A stretch of 64,000 nucleotides of DNA from Spirochaetia bacterium (lineage in GTDB: Bacteria > Spirochaetota > Spirochaetia > SZUA-6 > Bin103). Shown piece by piece: positions 44,078 through 53,555 of this stretch. Every line of letters starts with the position of its first letter. The stretch's first letter is position 1. The translations under genes were made by a program, and so were the position numbers. A model generated the notes under the pieces. That model worked only from the letters and a program-made list of their open reading frames with translations. It did no database searches and was not told the origin of the DNA. The stretch covers positions 384,001 to 448,000 of the forward strand of contig CBDBOV010000003.1 in NCBI GenBank assembly GCA_965208575.1, read 5' to 3'.

Positions 44078-44474
44078 GCCGCTCGTCCTCCTCGATAGGC
44101 CAGCCTTTGTACTCACCCGATTTGGTATTGACGCACAGGGCAAACCAGACTTGACCGCGTTCGTGGCACCACACCTTCTTTGGAAAGTCCTGATCGGACT
44201 CTACAAACCGGTACTGGCCCGCTCGAATCGCACTCCGGAGCCAGTGCGTGGCGCGGTCACGGTCCTCGGGTGAGGACAGTGGGCAGACCGTCGTGGTTTG
44301 TTTGCCGTGGCGGCCAACTCGGCCACCGCGAAGTTGTCGAGCCGCCGGCAAGCCGCCCCACCAGCGCTTGTCCTTGTGCTCGGGGCTTCCTACGTACCGG
44401 GAACGACTCGCCAGCGCTCGGCGCTGGCCGTCAGAGAGCGCAGGACGCTCCGGTACGCGTCGCGGACGTCTCAC
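44061..44474 (-). CDS. Small basic hypothetical protein (putative toxin/effector)
   Basis: GAGGAG RBS; YVGSPEHK, FPKKVW, EYKGWP; overlaps the downstream gene. Confidence 0.65.
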   Translation of the reverse strand: MRRPRRVPERPALSDGQRRALASRSRYVGSPEHKDKRWWGGLPAARQLRGGRVGRHGKQTTTVCPLSSPEDRDRATHWLRSAIRAGQYRFVESDQDFPKKVWCHERGQVWFALCVNTKSGEYKGWPIEEDERRAIFY

Positions 44475-44578
44475 GTGATTACTCTCCTCAGCAGGAATAA
44501 TAGCAACTAAACCGTCCTCCGTACCCCGGTATCGAACGGCTCAACTCCGATTGGTGGTGGGCAAGGCTGCGCCAGGGA

Positions 44579-45037
44579 CTACTTGGTCCCATAGGGAGCA
44601 AGGAATCGGCCGCCATTGAAGTGGATCAGATGTGACGGTTCGTCCGCTACCCACACCGTGGTGTGCCATGCGATATCTCTGAGGTGCCGGGCAATCGCGG
44701 CGCGGCTGGGGAACGCCGTCACGTAGACGATGCCGGCCTGGGCTTCGGAGAACAGCTCGGTCAACTCGGCGTATCGATTGTTGTCGATCGGACCGTGGCT
44801 GGTTGCCGCCTCGACCAGTACCAGCCATCCTCGCTCCGCATGGTGGAGCACGACATCCGGCATCTTTCCTTGCGGGTCGACCGGCACATTCAGTGCGGCG
44901 AGATGGTCGCGGTCGAAGCTTGTCCCCTTGTTGGCGGTGTCTCCGACGTAGATAAGCGTGCTGCCAGGGACGAATCGAGATGCGAAGTCTTCGGTAATGG
45001 CGCCGATAAGATCGCTGGGATCTCCGGGGCTGGTCAC
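44579..45037 (-). CDS. Stand-alone BsuBI/PstI-family restriction endonuclease C-terminal domain (possibly a remnant)
   Basis: I.EDFA.RF.PG..LIYVGDT..K, GKMPDVV, LVEA.TSHGP, YVTAFP, IAW.T.VW.AD.P.HLIHFNG.RFL.PY; GTGA overlap with the sulfatase stop. Confidence 0.8.
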   Translation of the reverse strand: MTSPGDPSDLIGAITEDFASRFVPGSTLIYVGDTANKGTSFDRDHLAALNVPVDPQGKMPDVVLHHAERGWLVLVEAATSHGPIDNNRYAELTELFSEAQAGIVYVTAFPSRAAIARHLRDIAWHTTVWVADEPSHLIHFNGGRFLAPYGTK

Positions 45038-46479
45038 TTGTTGCGCCACCAGGGGCTTGGGGGGGCGTGGTTGGACTGGAAGGCGGGGGAGCCGTCGTTC
45101 CAGGAGCGGCCGATGGGGCGCAACTGGCCGCCGCCGCTGACCGGCAGAGAGCGGCCGTCCTTGTCGGCCGACACCTGCTTGATGAACCAGTCTTCGAGCA
45201 GGCCGCGCAGTTCTTCGATGCGTGGCTGCTGGCCGGCGTCGTCGATGCGGTTGGTGCGTTCGTCGGGATCGTTCACCAGGTCGTACAGCTCGTTGGGGGC
45301 GGCCGGGAGCCTGGAGACCGGGTAGCGGTGCACGTACTTCCACTCGGCGGTGCGGATCATCCGGGTAGCGCCGTACTCGTCGTAGATCACCACGCGGTCG
45401 CGTGCCGGTGCGTCGCCGCCCTGCAGGAGGCCGGCGAAGGAGTGCCCGGGGCGGCCGCGGTGCAGGACCTTGGGGAAGTCGACGCCGGCATAGTCGAGCA
45501 GGGTGGGCATGAAGTCGACTGCGCTGCACATCCGGTCGGTGGCGCGCCCCTCGGGGATGCGGCCCGGGTGGCTGGCCAGGAACGGCACCTTGACCGAGTT
45601 CTCGTACATGTTGAGCGGTGAGGTGCCGTTGCCCTTGCCCCAGAAGCCGTGGTGGCCGCAACTGAACCCGTTGTCGCTGGTGAACACCACCAGCGTGTCG
45701 TCGCGGATGGCGTGCCGTTCCAGCCGGTCGAGGATGCGCCCCACGTCCAGGTCCATGGCGGTGACGGCGGCGAAGTAGCCCTTGAGCATTTCGCGGTTGC
45801 CCAGGCACTTCCGGGACAGCCAGTGGGCCCACGGGTGCATCTCCTCCTGCGGGCAGGAGTCGAACGGGCAGTCGTCGTAGCTGTCGACGATGTCTTGTGG
45901 ATGGCCGGTCCAGGGGCTGTGCGGCGCGGTGTAGTGCACGCTCAGGTAGAACGGCGCCGTTTCCCCGGCGTGGCGGTCGATGAAGTCCACGGCGTCGTCG
46001 GTGATCACGTTGGTGACGTAGCCGGGGGCGTTGAACAGCTCGCCGTCGCGGATCATCGGCGCATCGTGGTACTCGCCGCCGCCCTTCTCGTGCACGAACC
46101 AGTGGCTGAAGCCGTGCTGCGGCAGGGCGCTGTTGCCGAGGTGCCACTTGCCGCTGATGCCGCAGGTCCAGCCCGCCTTCGCCAGCAGGTCGGTGTAGGC
46201 GGTCTGGCCCTCCAGGTAGGTGGCTGCGTCGGGGCCGTGGTTGCCGCCGCGGATCCAGTCGTGCACGCCGTGGCGGGAGGGCATCTGCCCGGTGAGGAAC
46301 GACGCCCGGCTCGCCGAGCACACCGGCGAGGCGCAGAAGAAGTTGTCGAAGCGCAGGCCGCTGGCGGCGATGCGGTCGATGTTGGGCGTGCGCATCTCCC
46401 GGTTGCCGTAGCAGCCGGCGGCCCACGGCCCCTGGTCGTCGGTGAGGATGAAGACGATGTTGGGACGTGCGGATGGCAT
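45034..46479 (-). CDS. Sulfatase (CSASR variant motif)
   Basis: PNIVFILTDDQ, PVCSASRASFLTG, GKWHLG, FTSDNG, ELYDL..DP.E. Confidence 0.92.
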   Translation of the reverse strand: MPSARPNIVFILTDDQGPWAAGCYGNREMRTPNIDRIAASGLRFDNFFCASPVCSASRASFLTGQMPSRHGVHDWIRGGNHGPDAATYLEGQTAYTDLLAKAGWTCGISGKWHLGNSALPQHGFSHWFVHEKGGGEYHDAPMIRDGELFNAPGYVTNVITDDAVDFIDRHAGETAPFYLSVHYTAPHSPWTGHPQDIVDSYDDCPFDSCPQEEMHPWAHWLSRKCLGNREMLKGYFAAVTAMDLDVGRILDRLERHAIRDDTLVVFTSDNGFSCGHHGFWGKGNGTSPLNMYENSVKVPFLASHPGRIPEGRATDRMCSAVDFMPTLLDYAGVDFPKVLHRGRPGHSFAGLLQGGDAPARDRVVIYDEYGATRMIRTAEWKYVHRYPVSRLPAAPNELYDLVNDPDERTNRIDDAGQQPRIEELRGLLEDWFIKQVSADKDGRSLPVSGGGQLRPIGRSWNDGSPAFQSNHAPPSPWWRNK

Positions 46480-46543
46480 GGTGCATCACCTTACCCTGCC
46501 GGGCTTGCCGACCCAAGCACCGGGCACGGTGATGCAGGCAGGC

Positions 46544-47908
46544 TCACAGATAGCGGAACAGCGGCGGGAACAGGACGGCCACCAGGGCTGCCCACACGCC
46601 GTACACCGGCAGGTAGGCGGTCTGCCAGCGCGTCACGGCGGCGAAGGAACCGGTGCCGGTCAGAAACCGGACGTGCAGCCACGCGGTCCCGGCGAGGTGG
46701 GCCAGCAGCAGCAGGTTCACGCCCAAGGCCGCGGCCTTGTTGGCGCTGAAGCCGAACTCGCCGATGCGCGCCGCCACCGCGGCCACAGCGGCGAGGTCGG
46801 CAACGAGAGCGGCCACGGCAAGCACCAGCCTGAGCATGTCGGACACGCCCCGCGGCGCCCCATGGTCGCGTGCGGAGATGGCGTACAGCAGCATGCCGAC
46901 CACCAGCACCAGCAGCAGGTCGAAGGCGATCAGCACCTCGCGGTCCACGGCGATGCCGGCACCGGTCCACACCATCGCAGCGAGGAACGCCACCAACAGG
47001 GCCGCGAACAGCGGCGTGAACACCTGCGCCAGCAGCGGCGCCAGTTGCCCGGCCACGCTGTTCTTGCCGTCTGCCAGCCAGCCCGCGGCGATCACCGCGC
47101 CCGCCGCTCCGCACGGCAGCAGCCACTGCTCCAGAAAGCCGTCGATGCCGACCCCGACCGACTCGAACAGAGCCGCCGCCAGCAGCGACAGCACGCCGCC
47201 GCCGAGGGCGAACAGGACGTAGTGGATGAACCACTCCCCGGAGAAGCGCATGAATTCCATGCGCCCGGAAGCGGTCCGCCAGCCGTCGCCGGCGTGCGCA
47301 AGCCCCATCACCAGCCACAGCGCAATCGGCAGGTGGGTCGCGGTGAGGATCTCGGTGGCGCCGCCGGGCAGGAACGGGAACACGTTGGCGAACACGGCGC
47401 CGGCGGCAAACAGCACCGCGATGGTCACGGCCCGCGCCTTCTTCGCCCGGCGCCGGCACAGGAGCAGGGCGGCCAGCAGGGGGAGTACGAGCAGGCCGAG
47501 GTTGCGCGCGTAGAAGCCGCCGGGAGCGGGGCCGAACTGCGCGCCGAACAGCGCCAGAGCCTTGACCGCCGCGGCGGCCGCCAGCGCAAGGGCGGCGGCG
47601 CGCACCAGGTCGCCGCGCAGAGGCAGTCGGCCGATGCTGGCGACGGGGCGGCCAACGAGCTGCCGCCACAGCCGTTCGGCGTGCGCCTGGTTGCACGCGC
47701 GTGCCGCGGCGCTGCGGCAGGCGGTGCGCTTGACCGCGATCAGGAGCGCCTCGTCCGAATCCAACCCCGCTGCTACCAGGCCGCTCACCTGTTCGCGCAG
47801 CGTGCGCTCCACGCGGTCCAGGTCGCCGTCGCCCAGGCCGTGGTCGCGCAGGCGCGCTCGCCACTCGGCAATCCGGTGGGTCGGAATGTCGCCGTCGGTC
47901 CTGCTCAT
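46544..47908 (-). CDS. Multi-pass membrane protein with permease-prefix-like N-terminal domain
   Basis: ERTLREQV..L.AAGL..DEA.LIAVKR N-domain, about 11 TMs, GFSANKAAALG.N. Confidence 0.8.
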   Translation of the reverse strand: MSRTDGDIPTHRIAEWRARLRDHGLGDGDLDRVERTLREQVSGLVAAGLDSDEALLIAVKRTACRSAAARACNQAHAERLWRQLVGRPVASIGRLPLRGDLVRAAALALAAAAAVKALALFGAQFGPAPGGFYARNLGLLVLPLLAALLLCRRRAKKARAVTIAVLFAAGAVFANVFPFLPGGATEILTATHLPIALWLVMGLAHAGDGWRTASGRMEFMRFSGEWFIHYVLFALGGGVLSLLAAALFESVGVGIDGFLEQWLLPCGAAGAVIAAGWLADGKNSVAGQLAPLLAQVFTPLFAALLVAFLAAMVWTGAGIAVDREVLIAFDLLLVLVVGMLLYAISARDHGAPRGVSDMLRLVLAVAALVADLAAVAAVAARIGEFGFSANKAAALGVNLLLLAHLAGTAWLHVRFLTGTGSFAAVTRWQTAYLPVYGVWAALVAVLFPPLFRYL

Positions 47909-47953
47909 GGTGCATCCGGCGCCGCTGCCGGCACATCCCGGCGGGGCGCGGCG

Positions 47954-47983
47954 AACCTACGAAGGGGATTGCAACAATGTCAA
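47954..47983 (-). promoter_or_regulatory. Putative promoter TTGACA-N18-TAGGTT
   Basis: Consensus -35 and TANNNT -10, about 45 nt upstream of ATG 47908. Confidence 0.5.
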
Positions 47984-48230
47984 GTACTTTGCAGAACAGA
48001 GTAGTGGGCCGACCACACCTTGCGGGACCGGTGCCGCCTGCGGGCGATCCGTGAGCGCCCCGCCGCAACGGTGCTCCGTCCCCCGCGTGCCGCCGTCCAT
48101 GCCGTCGTCCGCGGCAGATTGCCGGAGCGCGCCGGCGCCATGAGTTTGCGATGCAGCCGGCTTCGTGCGAGCATTCGGCGGCAGGTCACGGCATCGCGGT
48201 GTCCTGGATCGATCCGAGAAGAGGAGCGCA

Positions 48231-48551
48231 ATGATCTACGACATGAGGATTTATGATCTGCAGCCGGGCGCGGTGCCGCGCTACATGGATGCGGTTCGCG
48301 ACATCGCCCTGAAGATCCGGGAGGACCACGGCGTGAAGTTGGCCGGCTGGTATTACACCGACATCGGGCCGCTCAACCGGATCGTGCATATCTGGGCCTA
48401 CCGGGACTATGCCCACTATCAGGAGGCCCGCGATGCGGTGCGCAATGATCCGCGCTGGACAGGCGAGTACGTGCCGGCGGTGAGGGGCCTGGCGGTCCGG
48501 CAGCAGGACATGATGATGCAGGCCGCCGACTTCTTCGCCGGCCCGGAGTAG
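48231..48551 (+). CDS. NIPSNAP-family protein
   Basis: IYDMRIY.L.PG, GPLNRIVHIWAY, R.....DP.W; GAGGAG RBS. Confidence 0.9.
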   Translation: MIYDMRIYDLQPGAVPRYMDAVRDIALKIREDHGVKLAGWYYTDIGPLNRIVHIWAYRDYAHYQEARDAVRNDPRWTGEYVPAVRGLAVRQQDMMMQAADFFAGPE

Positions 48552-48759
48552 GCAGCGGTCCCGGCTGCTATTCGTCCGCCGGCGGCTCGGGGACGGTGGC
48601 GCCGTGCGGATGCAGAGCGATGGCCACCGCACACTGCTGCATCTCACCGGCGGCCACGAGGTGCCGGCAGGCCGCTCGTTTCGCAGCTCCGTACGCGCCG
48701 ATCTGAGGCGGCGTCCTCCACCTCCACCATGGGCTGCGACGGTTCGGCGCCTGGAGCGG

Positions 48760-49713
48760 TCATCTCCCGGTGGCATCCTCGTTCCGTTGTTGCCCGGCGG
48801 CATCGTACAGGCGTACGGCAAGCGATTCGATCCGGTCGCGCCAGGCCAGCTTGCCGAGCCAGGCGGCGGGTGCGCCGGACATCCCCCACAGGGCGCCGGC
48901 AAGCTGGCCGGTAACGGCGGCCACGGTGTCGGCGTCATCGGCGAGATTGGCGGCCAGAATCAGCGCCTCCTCGACCGACCCGGATCGGCCCACGCACCAC
49001 AGCGCCGCCTCCAGCGTGTGCAGGACGTACCCCGACGATGAGATGGCGCCGCGCTCCTTGGCGCGCCACGATCCCGCCGCCACCTCGGCAATCGCCGCAT
49101 CGCCGCGCCAGTCCCGGGTACGCAACACGGTCTCCTTCGGCGCCCCGCCGATCGCCTCCGCCAGCAGCTCGGCGAACAGCGCGCACGCCTCGACCGCCTG
49201 CGGCGCGCCGTGCGTGGTACGGCTCTGCAAGCGTGCCGCCTCGACCGCCCGTGCCGGGTCGCGCCACCAGCGGATCGCCACCGGCGACAGGCGCATCAGC
49301 GAGCCGTTGCCGGCGCTGTGCGGATCGGTACTGCCGCTCAGCGGTTCGCCGGTGGCGCGGTAGGAGCTGAGCGCCGCGGCCGTGGCGCCCCCGATGTCGA
49401 AGCACTCGCCGGTGGCCGAGTTGTAGCCGTGCTCGCGCCACCGGCAGAAGCGCTCGATCAGGTCGCGCACGTCCAGCCCGCCCGCCGCGAGCAGCGAGTC
49501 GGCCAGGCACAGCGCCATGCTGGTGTCGTCGGTCCACTCGCCCGCTGCGAGGCCGAACGGCCCGCCTCCCACGATGTCGGCAACCTTCGGCTGCGTGTCC
49601 CGCAGCGCGAATTCCAGCGTGGTACCGAGCGCGTCCCCGAGTGCGAGCCCGATCAGCGCCCCCTTGGCGCGGTCCAGGACGTCCGCCGCCCCGCCATCGA
49701 CCGGCAATTGCAT
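48760..49713 (-). CDS. ADP-ribosylglycohydrolase (DraG/ARH family)
   Basis: GLALGDALG, GEWTDDTSM, GNGSLMR, TH, DADTVAAVTGQLAGA. Confidence 0.92.
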   Translation of the reverse strand: MQLPVDGGAADVLDRAKGALIGLALGDALGTTLEFALRDTQPKVADIVGGGPFGLAAGEWTDDTSMALCLADSLLAAGGLDVRDLIERFCRWREHGYNSATGECFDIGGATAAALSSYRATGEPLSGSTDPHSAGNGSLMRLSPVAIRWWRDPARAVEAARLQSRTTHGAPQAVEACALFAELLAEAIGGAPKETVLRTRDWRGDAAIAEVAAGSWRAKERGAISSSGYVLHTLEAALWCVGRSGSVEEALILAANLADDADTVAAVTGQLAGALWGMSGAPAAWLGKLAWRDRIESLAVRLYDAAGQQRNEDATGR

Positions 49714-49856
49714 GGCGACACCGTAGCACAGCCCGCTCGTCGCGTTGACGCGGGGCGCACGCCGGCTTCCATTGCCGCCTGCCCTCCTGCCACCCTCCTG
49801 CCGCGGCTTGCTCGCCCCATTGCCCCGAATCGTGTACCGTAGATTACGGCTGCGGC

Positions 49857-50072
49857 ATGAGTACCCAGAAGTTCACTATCGAAATAGAACAGGAACAGGA
49901 CCAACGCTGGATAGCCGAAGTTGTTGAGTTGCCGGGCGTGATGACCTACGGCAACTCTCCAGACGATGCCAAGGCGAAGGTACAAGCGCTTGCTCTCCGA
50001 GTCCTGGCCGACCGTCTGGAGCACGGCGAGTCCGTTCCGGAGCTTCTCCACATCTCATTCGAAGCAGCGTGA
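49857..50072 (+). CDS. hicB: HicB-family antitoxin (no DNA-binding domain)
   Basis: IEQEQD.RWIAEV.ELPGVMTYG. Confidence 0.85.
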   Translation: MSTQKFTIEIEQEQDQRWIAEVVELPGVMTYGNSPDDAKAKVQALALRVLADRLEHGESVPELLHISFEAA

Positions 50073-50282
50073 AGCGGTGGTCGAGCACACGTGCGCTGGC
50101 GAGTTCTCGCGGCTCTGGTCAGCATCGGCTGGACCGTCAAGCGTCAATCAGGTTCCCATCGTACGCTCGCGAGATCCGGCTGGTCCAACTACGTATTCGC
50201 GTTTCATGACAAAGAGGAAATCGGGCCGAGAATGCTTGCGCGCATTGCACGTCGGACCGGACTGACACCCGAGGACCTATGA
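50069..50282 (+). pseudogene. hicA: HicA toxin with apparent +1 frameshift near 50097
   Basis: GW.VKRQSGSH, EIGP.ML..IA..TGL; GTG 50069 overlapping the hicB stop is 214 nt from the end (3n+1). Confidence 0.75.
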
Positions 50283-50452
50283 ACGAACAGCCGGCGACCG
50301 TTCGCTATTCGCGGAAGGTAGTTCCAACAGGGGGTGACGCGCCGTGAAGAAGTTCGGCGACTCCTGATCGCCGCCACGCTCGGGATGCATCCGGACGGCC
50401 TCCCTCCTGTCCGATCTCGACACGGGGGCGGGGGCGGGGTAGGTTCACTCCC

Positions 50453-51289
50453 ATGTTGACGGCAGAGCAGGTCGAAGCCTATCGCGAGGACGGTTACCTC
50501 CGCGTCTCCAACATCTTCACGGCGGAGGAGTTGGAGGAGCTGGAACGGGAGATGGACTTCATCGTCGACGAGTGGTGGGGGGAGGACAGCATCGGCTGGA
50601 AGGGCCCGTGGCGTGACCACTACCTGCCCGCCGGCGAACAGGAGAACACGCGCGCCGTGTTCATCGGCAACTCGCAGTTCTACTCGGCGGCCTGGGGCCG
50701 GATCATCTTCCACCAGCGCCTTACCGAGTGCGTACGTGCCCTGGTGGGCCCCGCGGTGCAGTGGCACGGCACCATCCTGCACGCCAAGCCGCCCGAGCGC
50801 GGCACACCGTTTCCGATGCACCAGGACTACCCGTTCTATCCCCACGACGGGCCCGACTTCGTCGATTGCCTGCTGCACCTGGACGACGCGCCGGAGGCCA
50901 GCGGCTGCCTGCAGGTGGTTCCCGGCAGCCACAAGGAAGGCCCCCTGGAGCACATCACCGGCGACCACACGCGGCCCTACCTGCCGCCCGAGAAATACCA
51001 TCCCGACAAGACGCCGTCGCTGCCGGTGCCGGCCAAGGCCGGTGACGTGATCTTCTTCAGCTACCTGACCATCCACTGGTCCGACATGAACCGCTCGGGC
51101 GACTGGCGGCGCTCGGTGCGGATCGGCTACCACGACGCCGCCATGCGGCCGACCTTCGTGAAGCCGACCGATCCCTACAACAACTTCGTGGTGGCGGGGC
51201 TGAAGCGTCGCGGCAAGCAGCAGAGCCTGACCTACAAGGTGGTGGGCCAGGGCCAAGAGCGGCACTTGGGACAGCCGGCGCGCACCTGA
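50453..51289 (+). CDS. Phytanoyl-CoA dioxygenase (PhyH)-family Fe/2OG enzyme
   Basis: Y.EDGY, HQD, LDDA....GCL.VVPGSH, GDVIFF....IH.S..N.S...R. Confidence 0.9.
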   Translation: MLTAEQVEAYREDGYLRVSNIFTAEELEELEREMDFIVDEWWGEDSIGWKGPWRDHYLPAGEQENTRAVFIGNSQFYSAAWGRIIFHQRLTECVRALVGPAVQWHGTILHAKPPERGTPFPMHQDYPFYPHDGPDFVDCLLHLDDAPEASGCLQVVPGSHKEGPLEHITGDHTRPYLPPEKYHPDKTPSLPVPAKAGDVIFFSYLTIHWSDMNRSGDWRRSVRIGYHDAAMRPTFVKPTDPYNNFVVAGLKRRGKQQSLTYKVVGQGQERHLGQPART

Positions 51290-51308
51290 GCCCCGGCGCA
51301 TCTGCCGC

Positions 51309-52772
51309 TTGTCCCCGCCGCGCATGGCCGCCTCGCAGTCGCGCACGCGACCCAACGTCGTCCTGATCGTGGCCGACGACCTCGGCTACGGCGACCTGAG
51401 CTGCTACGGCAACACCATCCTGTCCACGCCCAGCATCGACCGGCTCGCGGCCGAGGGCGTGCGCTGCTCCCAGCACTACAGCGGCGCACCGATCTGCGCC
51501 CCGGCGCGCGCCGCCCTGCTCACCGGACGCTACCACCACCGCTGCGGCGTGCTGAGCGTGGAGTCGAACCGCGGCCTCGACCGCATCGCGCTGCGCGAAC
51601 GCACCATCGGCGACTTGTTCGCCGCCGCCGGCTACCGCACCGGCTACGTGGGCAAGTGGCACAGCGGCCTGCACGACCGGCGCTACCATCCCAACCGGCG
51701 CGGTTTCGCCGAGTTCGCCGGCTTCCTGAGCGGCATCATGGACTACTGGGACTGGTTCCTGGACTACAATGGCAGTTCGCGCCGCGCCGACGGCCGTTAC
51801 CAGACCGACGTGTTCACGGCGGAGGCAGTGGACTTCATCCGGCGCTGCGGCGCGGCGCCCGGCGCCGCTGCACGGCAGCCGTTCCTGCTGGTAGTGGCCT
51901 ACCACGCCCCGCACGCGCCCCTGCAGGCACCCGAGGAGAGCTGCGCGCCGTTTCGGCGGCGCGGCGACCTGAACGATGCGCTGGCCACCATGTACGGCAT
52001 GGTGGCGCACATGGATCGGGGTATCGGCCAGATCCTCGACACGCTGGAGGCCGCCGGCTGCGGCGACGACACCGTGGTGCTGGTCACCAGCGACAACGGC
52101 CCCCACCTCGGGCCGGAGCGCCTCGGCCCGGAGCGCCACGGCGCGCGGCGCTTCAGCATGGAGCGCTTCAACGGCCCGTTCCGCGGCCAGAAGCAGGACG
52201 TGCTGGAGGGCGGCATCCGGGTGCCCGCGATCGTGCGCTGGCCGGACGGCCTGCCGGCCGGCGCCGCGTGCGACGAAATGATTCACTTCTGCGACTGGCT
52301 GCCGACGCTGGCCGCGGCCGCGGGCGTTGTGCCGGATGGGGAGCCGCTGGACGGCTGCGATCAGTTGCTCCCGCTGCGCGGCACGGTCCCCGGCGGCTCG
52401 GCGCCCCGTTTCTGGCAGTTCAACCGCTACGATCCGGTGCCCGGCTGCAACCTGGCGATGCGCGACGGTCCGTGGAAGCTGTACTGGCCGCGGATTCCTG
52501 AGGCGATGGTCAAGCTGCAGGAGGACAACGTGGCGGTGCGCGAGCTGATGGCGCGCCCGCACTACGAGATGGAGGTGCGCAATCCTCCGGTGGAGCGCAC
52601 GCTGTCGGCGCCCGGCGAGCCGGAGCTGTACCACATCCCCGACGACCCCTCCGAGGCGCGCAACCTGGCCGTCGCGCATCCCGACCGCGCCGCCCGCATG
52701 CGGCTGGCAGCCGAAAATTGGTTCGCCGAGGTGGAGGCGGAGCGCCGCCAGATCGCCGCCCGTTCGTCGTAG
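51309..52772 (+). CDS. Arylsulfatase-family sulfatase (start may be ATG 51324)
   Basis: PNVVLIVADDLGYGD, CAPARAALLTGR, GKWH, SDNG, EGGIRVP. Confidence 0.92.
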   Translation: MSPPRMAASQSRTRPNVVLIVADDLGYGDLSCYGNTILSTPSIDRLAAEGVRCSQHYSGAPICAPARAALLTGRYHHRCGVLSVESNRGLDRIALRERTIGDLFAAAGYRTGYVGKWHSGLHDRRYHPNRRGFAEFAGFLSGIMDYWDWFLDYNGSSRRADGRYQTDVFTAEAVDFIRRCGAAPGAAARQPFLLVVAYHAPHAPLQAPEESCAPFRRRGDLNDALATMYGMVAHMDRGIGQILDTLEAAGCGDDTVVLVTSDNGPHLGPERLGPERHGARRFSMERFNGPFRGQKQDVLEGGIRVPAIVRWPDGLPAGAACDEMIHFCDWLPTLAAAAGVVPDGEPLDGCDQLLPLRGTVPGGSAPRFWQFNRYDPVPGCNLAMRDGPWKLYWPRIPEAMVKLQEDNVAVRELMARPHYEMEVRNPPVERTLSAPGEPELYHIPDDPSEARNLAVAHPDRAARMRLAAENWFAEVEAERRQIAARSS

Positions 52773-52789
52773 GCGGCGAGGCGGCTCGC

Positions 52790-53137
52790 TCAGCGGCCGA
52801 GAACGATGTCGATCCCGCGCAGGACGAGCGCGAGCCGCCTGCCCCCGATGCCGCGGACGCGCTCTGCCAGAATGCGCCGATCGAGCGCTATGATTTCCGA
52901 CGCGTTGGCGACCGAGTCTTTCGGCAGGCCGGTGACGGTCGCCGGCAAGAGCGTGTTGCCGGGCGCATCCGCCCACGCCAGGTTGCTGGTTAGCGGCACG
53001 CACACGACCGTCGAAATCCGGCTGCGGTTCAGCGGGTTGCCCTGCACCACGACGATCGGTCGCCGCAGTCCAGGGCCAGAGCCTGTCGGTTCCGGTAATT
53101 CGGCCCACCACACGTCACCTTGAGCAACCTCTACCAT
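52790..53137 (-). CDS. mazF: MazF/PemK toxin
   Basis: GDVWWA.L..P.GS.PG.RRP.VVVQ, VPLTSN, GLPKDSVAN. Confidence 0.92.
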   Translation of the reverse strand: MVEVAQGDVWWAELPEPTGSGPGLRRPIVVVQGNPLNRSRISTVVCVPLTSNLAWADAPGNTLLPATVTGLPKDSVANASEIIALDRRILAERVRGIGGRRLALVLRGIDIVLGR

Positions 53138-53370
53138 TCCGAGCGCTCGAGCGACATGCGTGCTGCGCGGGCCACGAAGTCGTTCGTCGTCGTCGCGCCG
53201 AGCCGGTCGACCACGCGGTCCATGGCCTCGGTGACCTCGTCGGGGGCGTGGCTGGCGAGGTACTCGGCGATCGCATCGGCGTAGAGCCGGCTGCGCGACT
53301 TGCTCGAACGCCGTGCGTGACGCTCCGCGGCATGAAACAGCTCATCCGGAAGGGAGACGGCAGTTTTCAT
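53131..53370 (-). CDS. RHH antitoxin partner of MazF
   Basis: MKTAVSLPDELF..AE......SRSRLY..A; overlaps the toxin start. Confidence 0.88.
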   Translation of the reverse strand: MKTAVSLPDELFHAAERHARRSSKSRSRLYADAIAEYLASHAPDEVTEAMDRVVDRLGATTTNDFVARAARMSLERSEW

Positions 53371-53555
53371 ACCGTTAGTATGACCAATCGGCAGGAGACA
53401 GGCAATCGACGCCGGTCGCACATGGGACGCAGGTCGTCGGCATCACCACAGCTTCGTGGTTTGGTCGGCACGCGACCGGCAAAACCGCCGGGGCCGATGT
53501 CGCCGCGCACCTTGCGGGATACCGGAGACCAGTGCGCGTGGTGTAGACTTGCGGC

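Noticed and set aside
44579-46516. 645-aa sulfatase-region/nuclease fusion ORF
   Set aside because: The first ~490 aa are an off-frame reading of the sulfatase; only 44579-45037 has real motifs.
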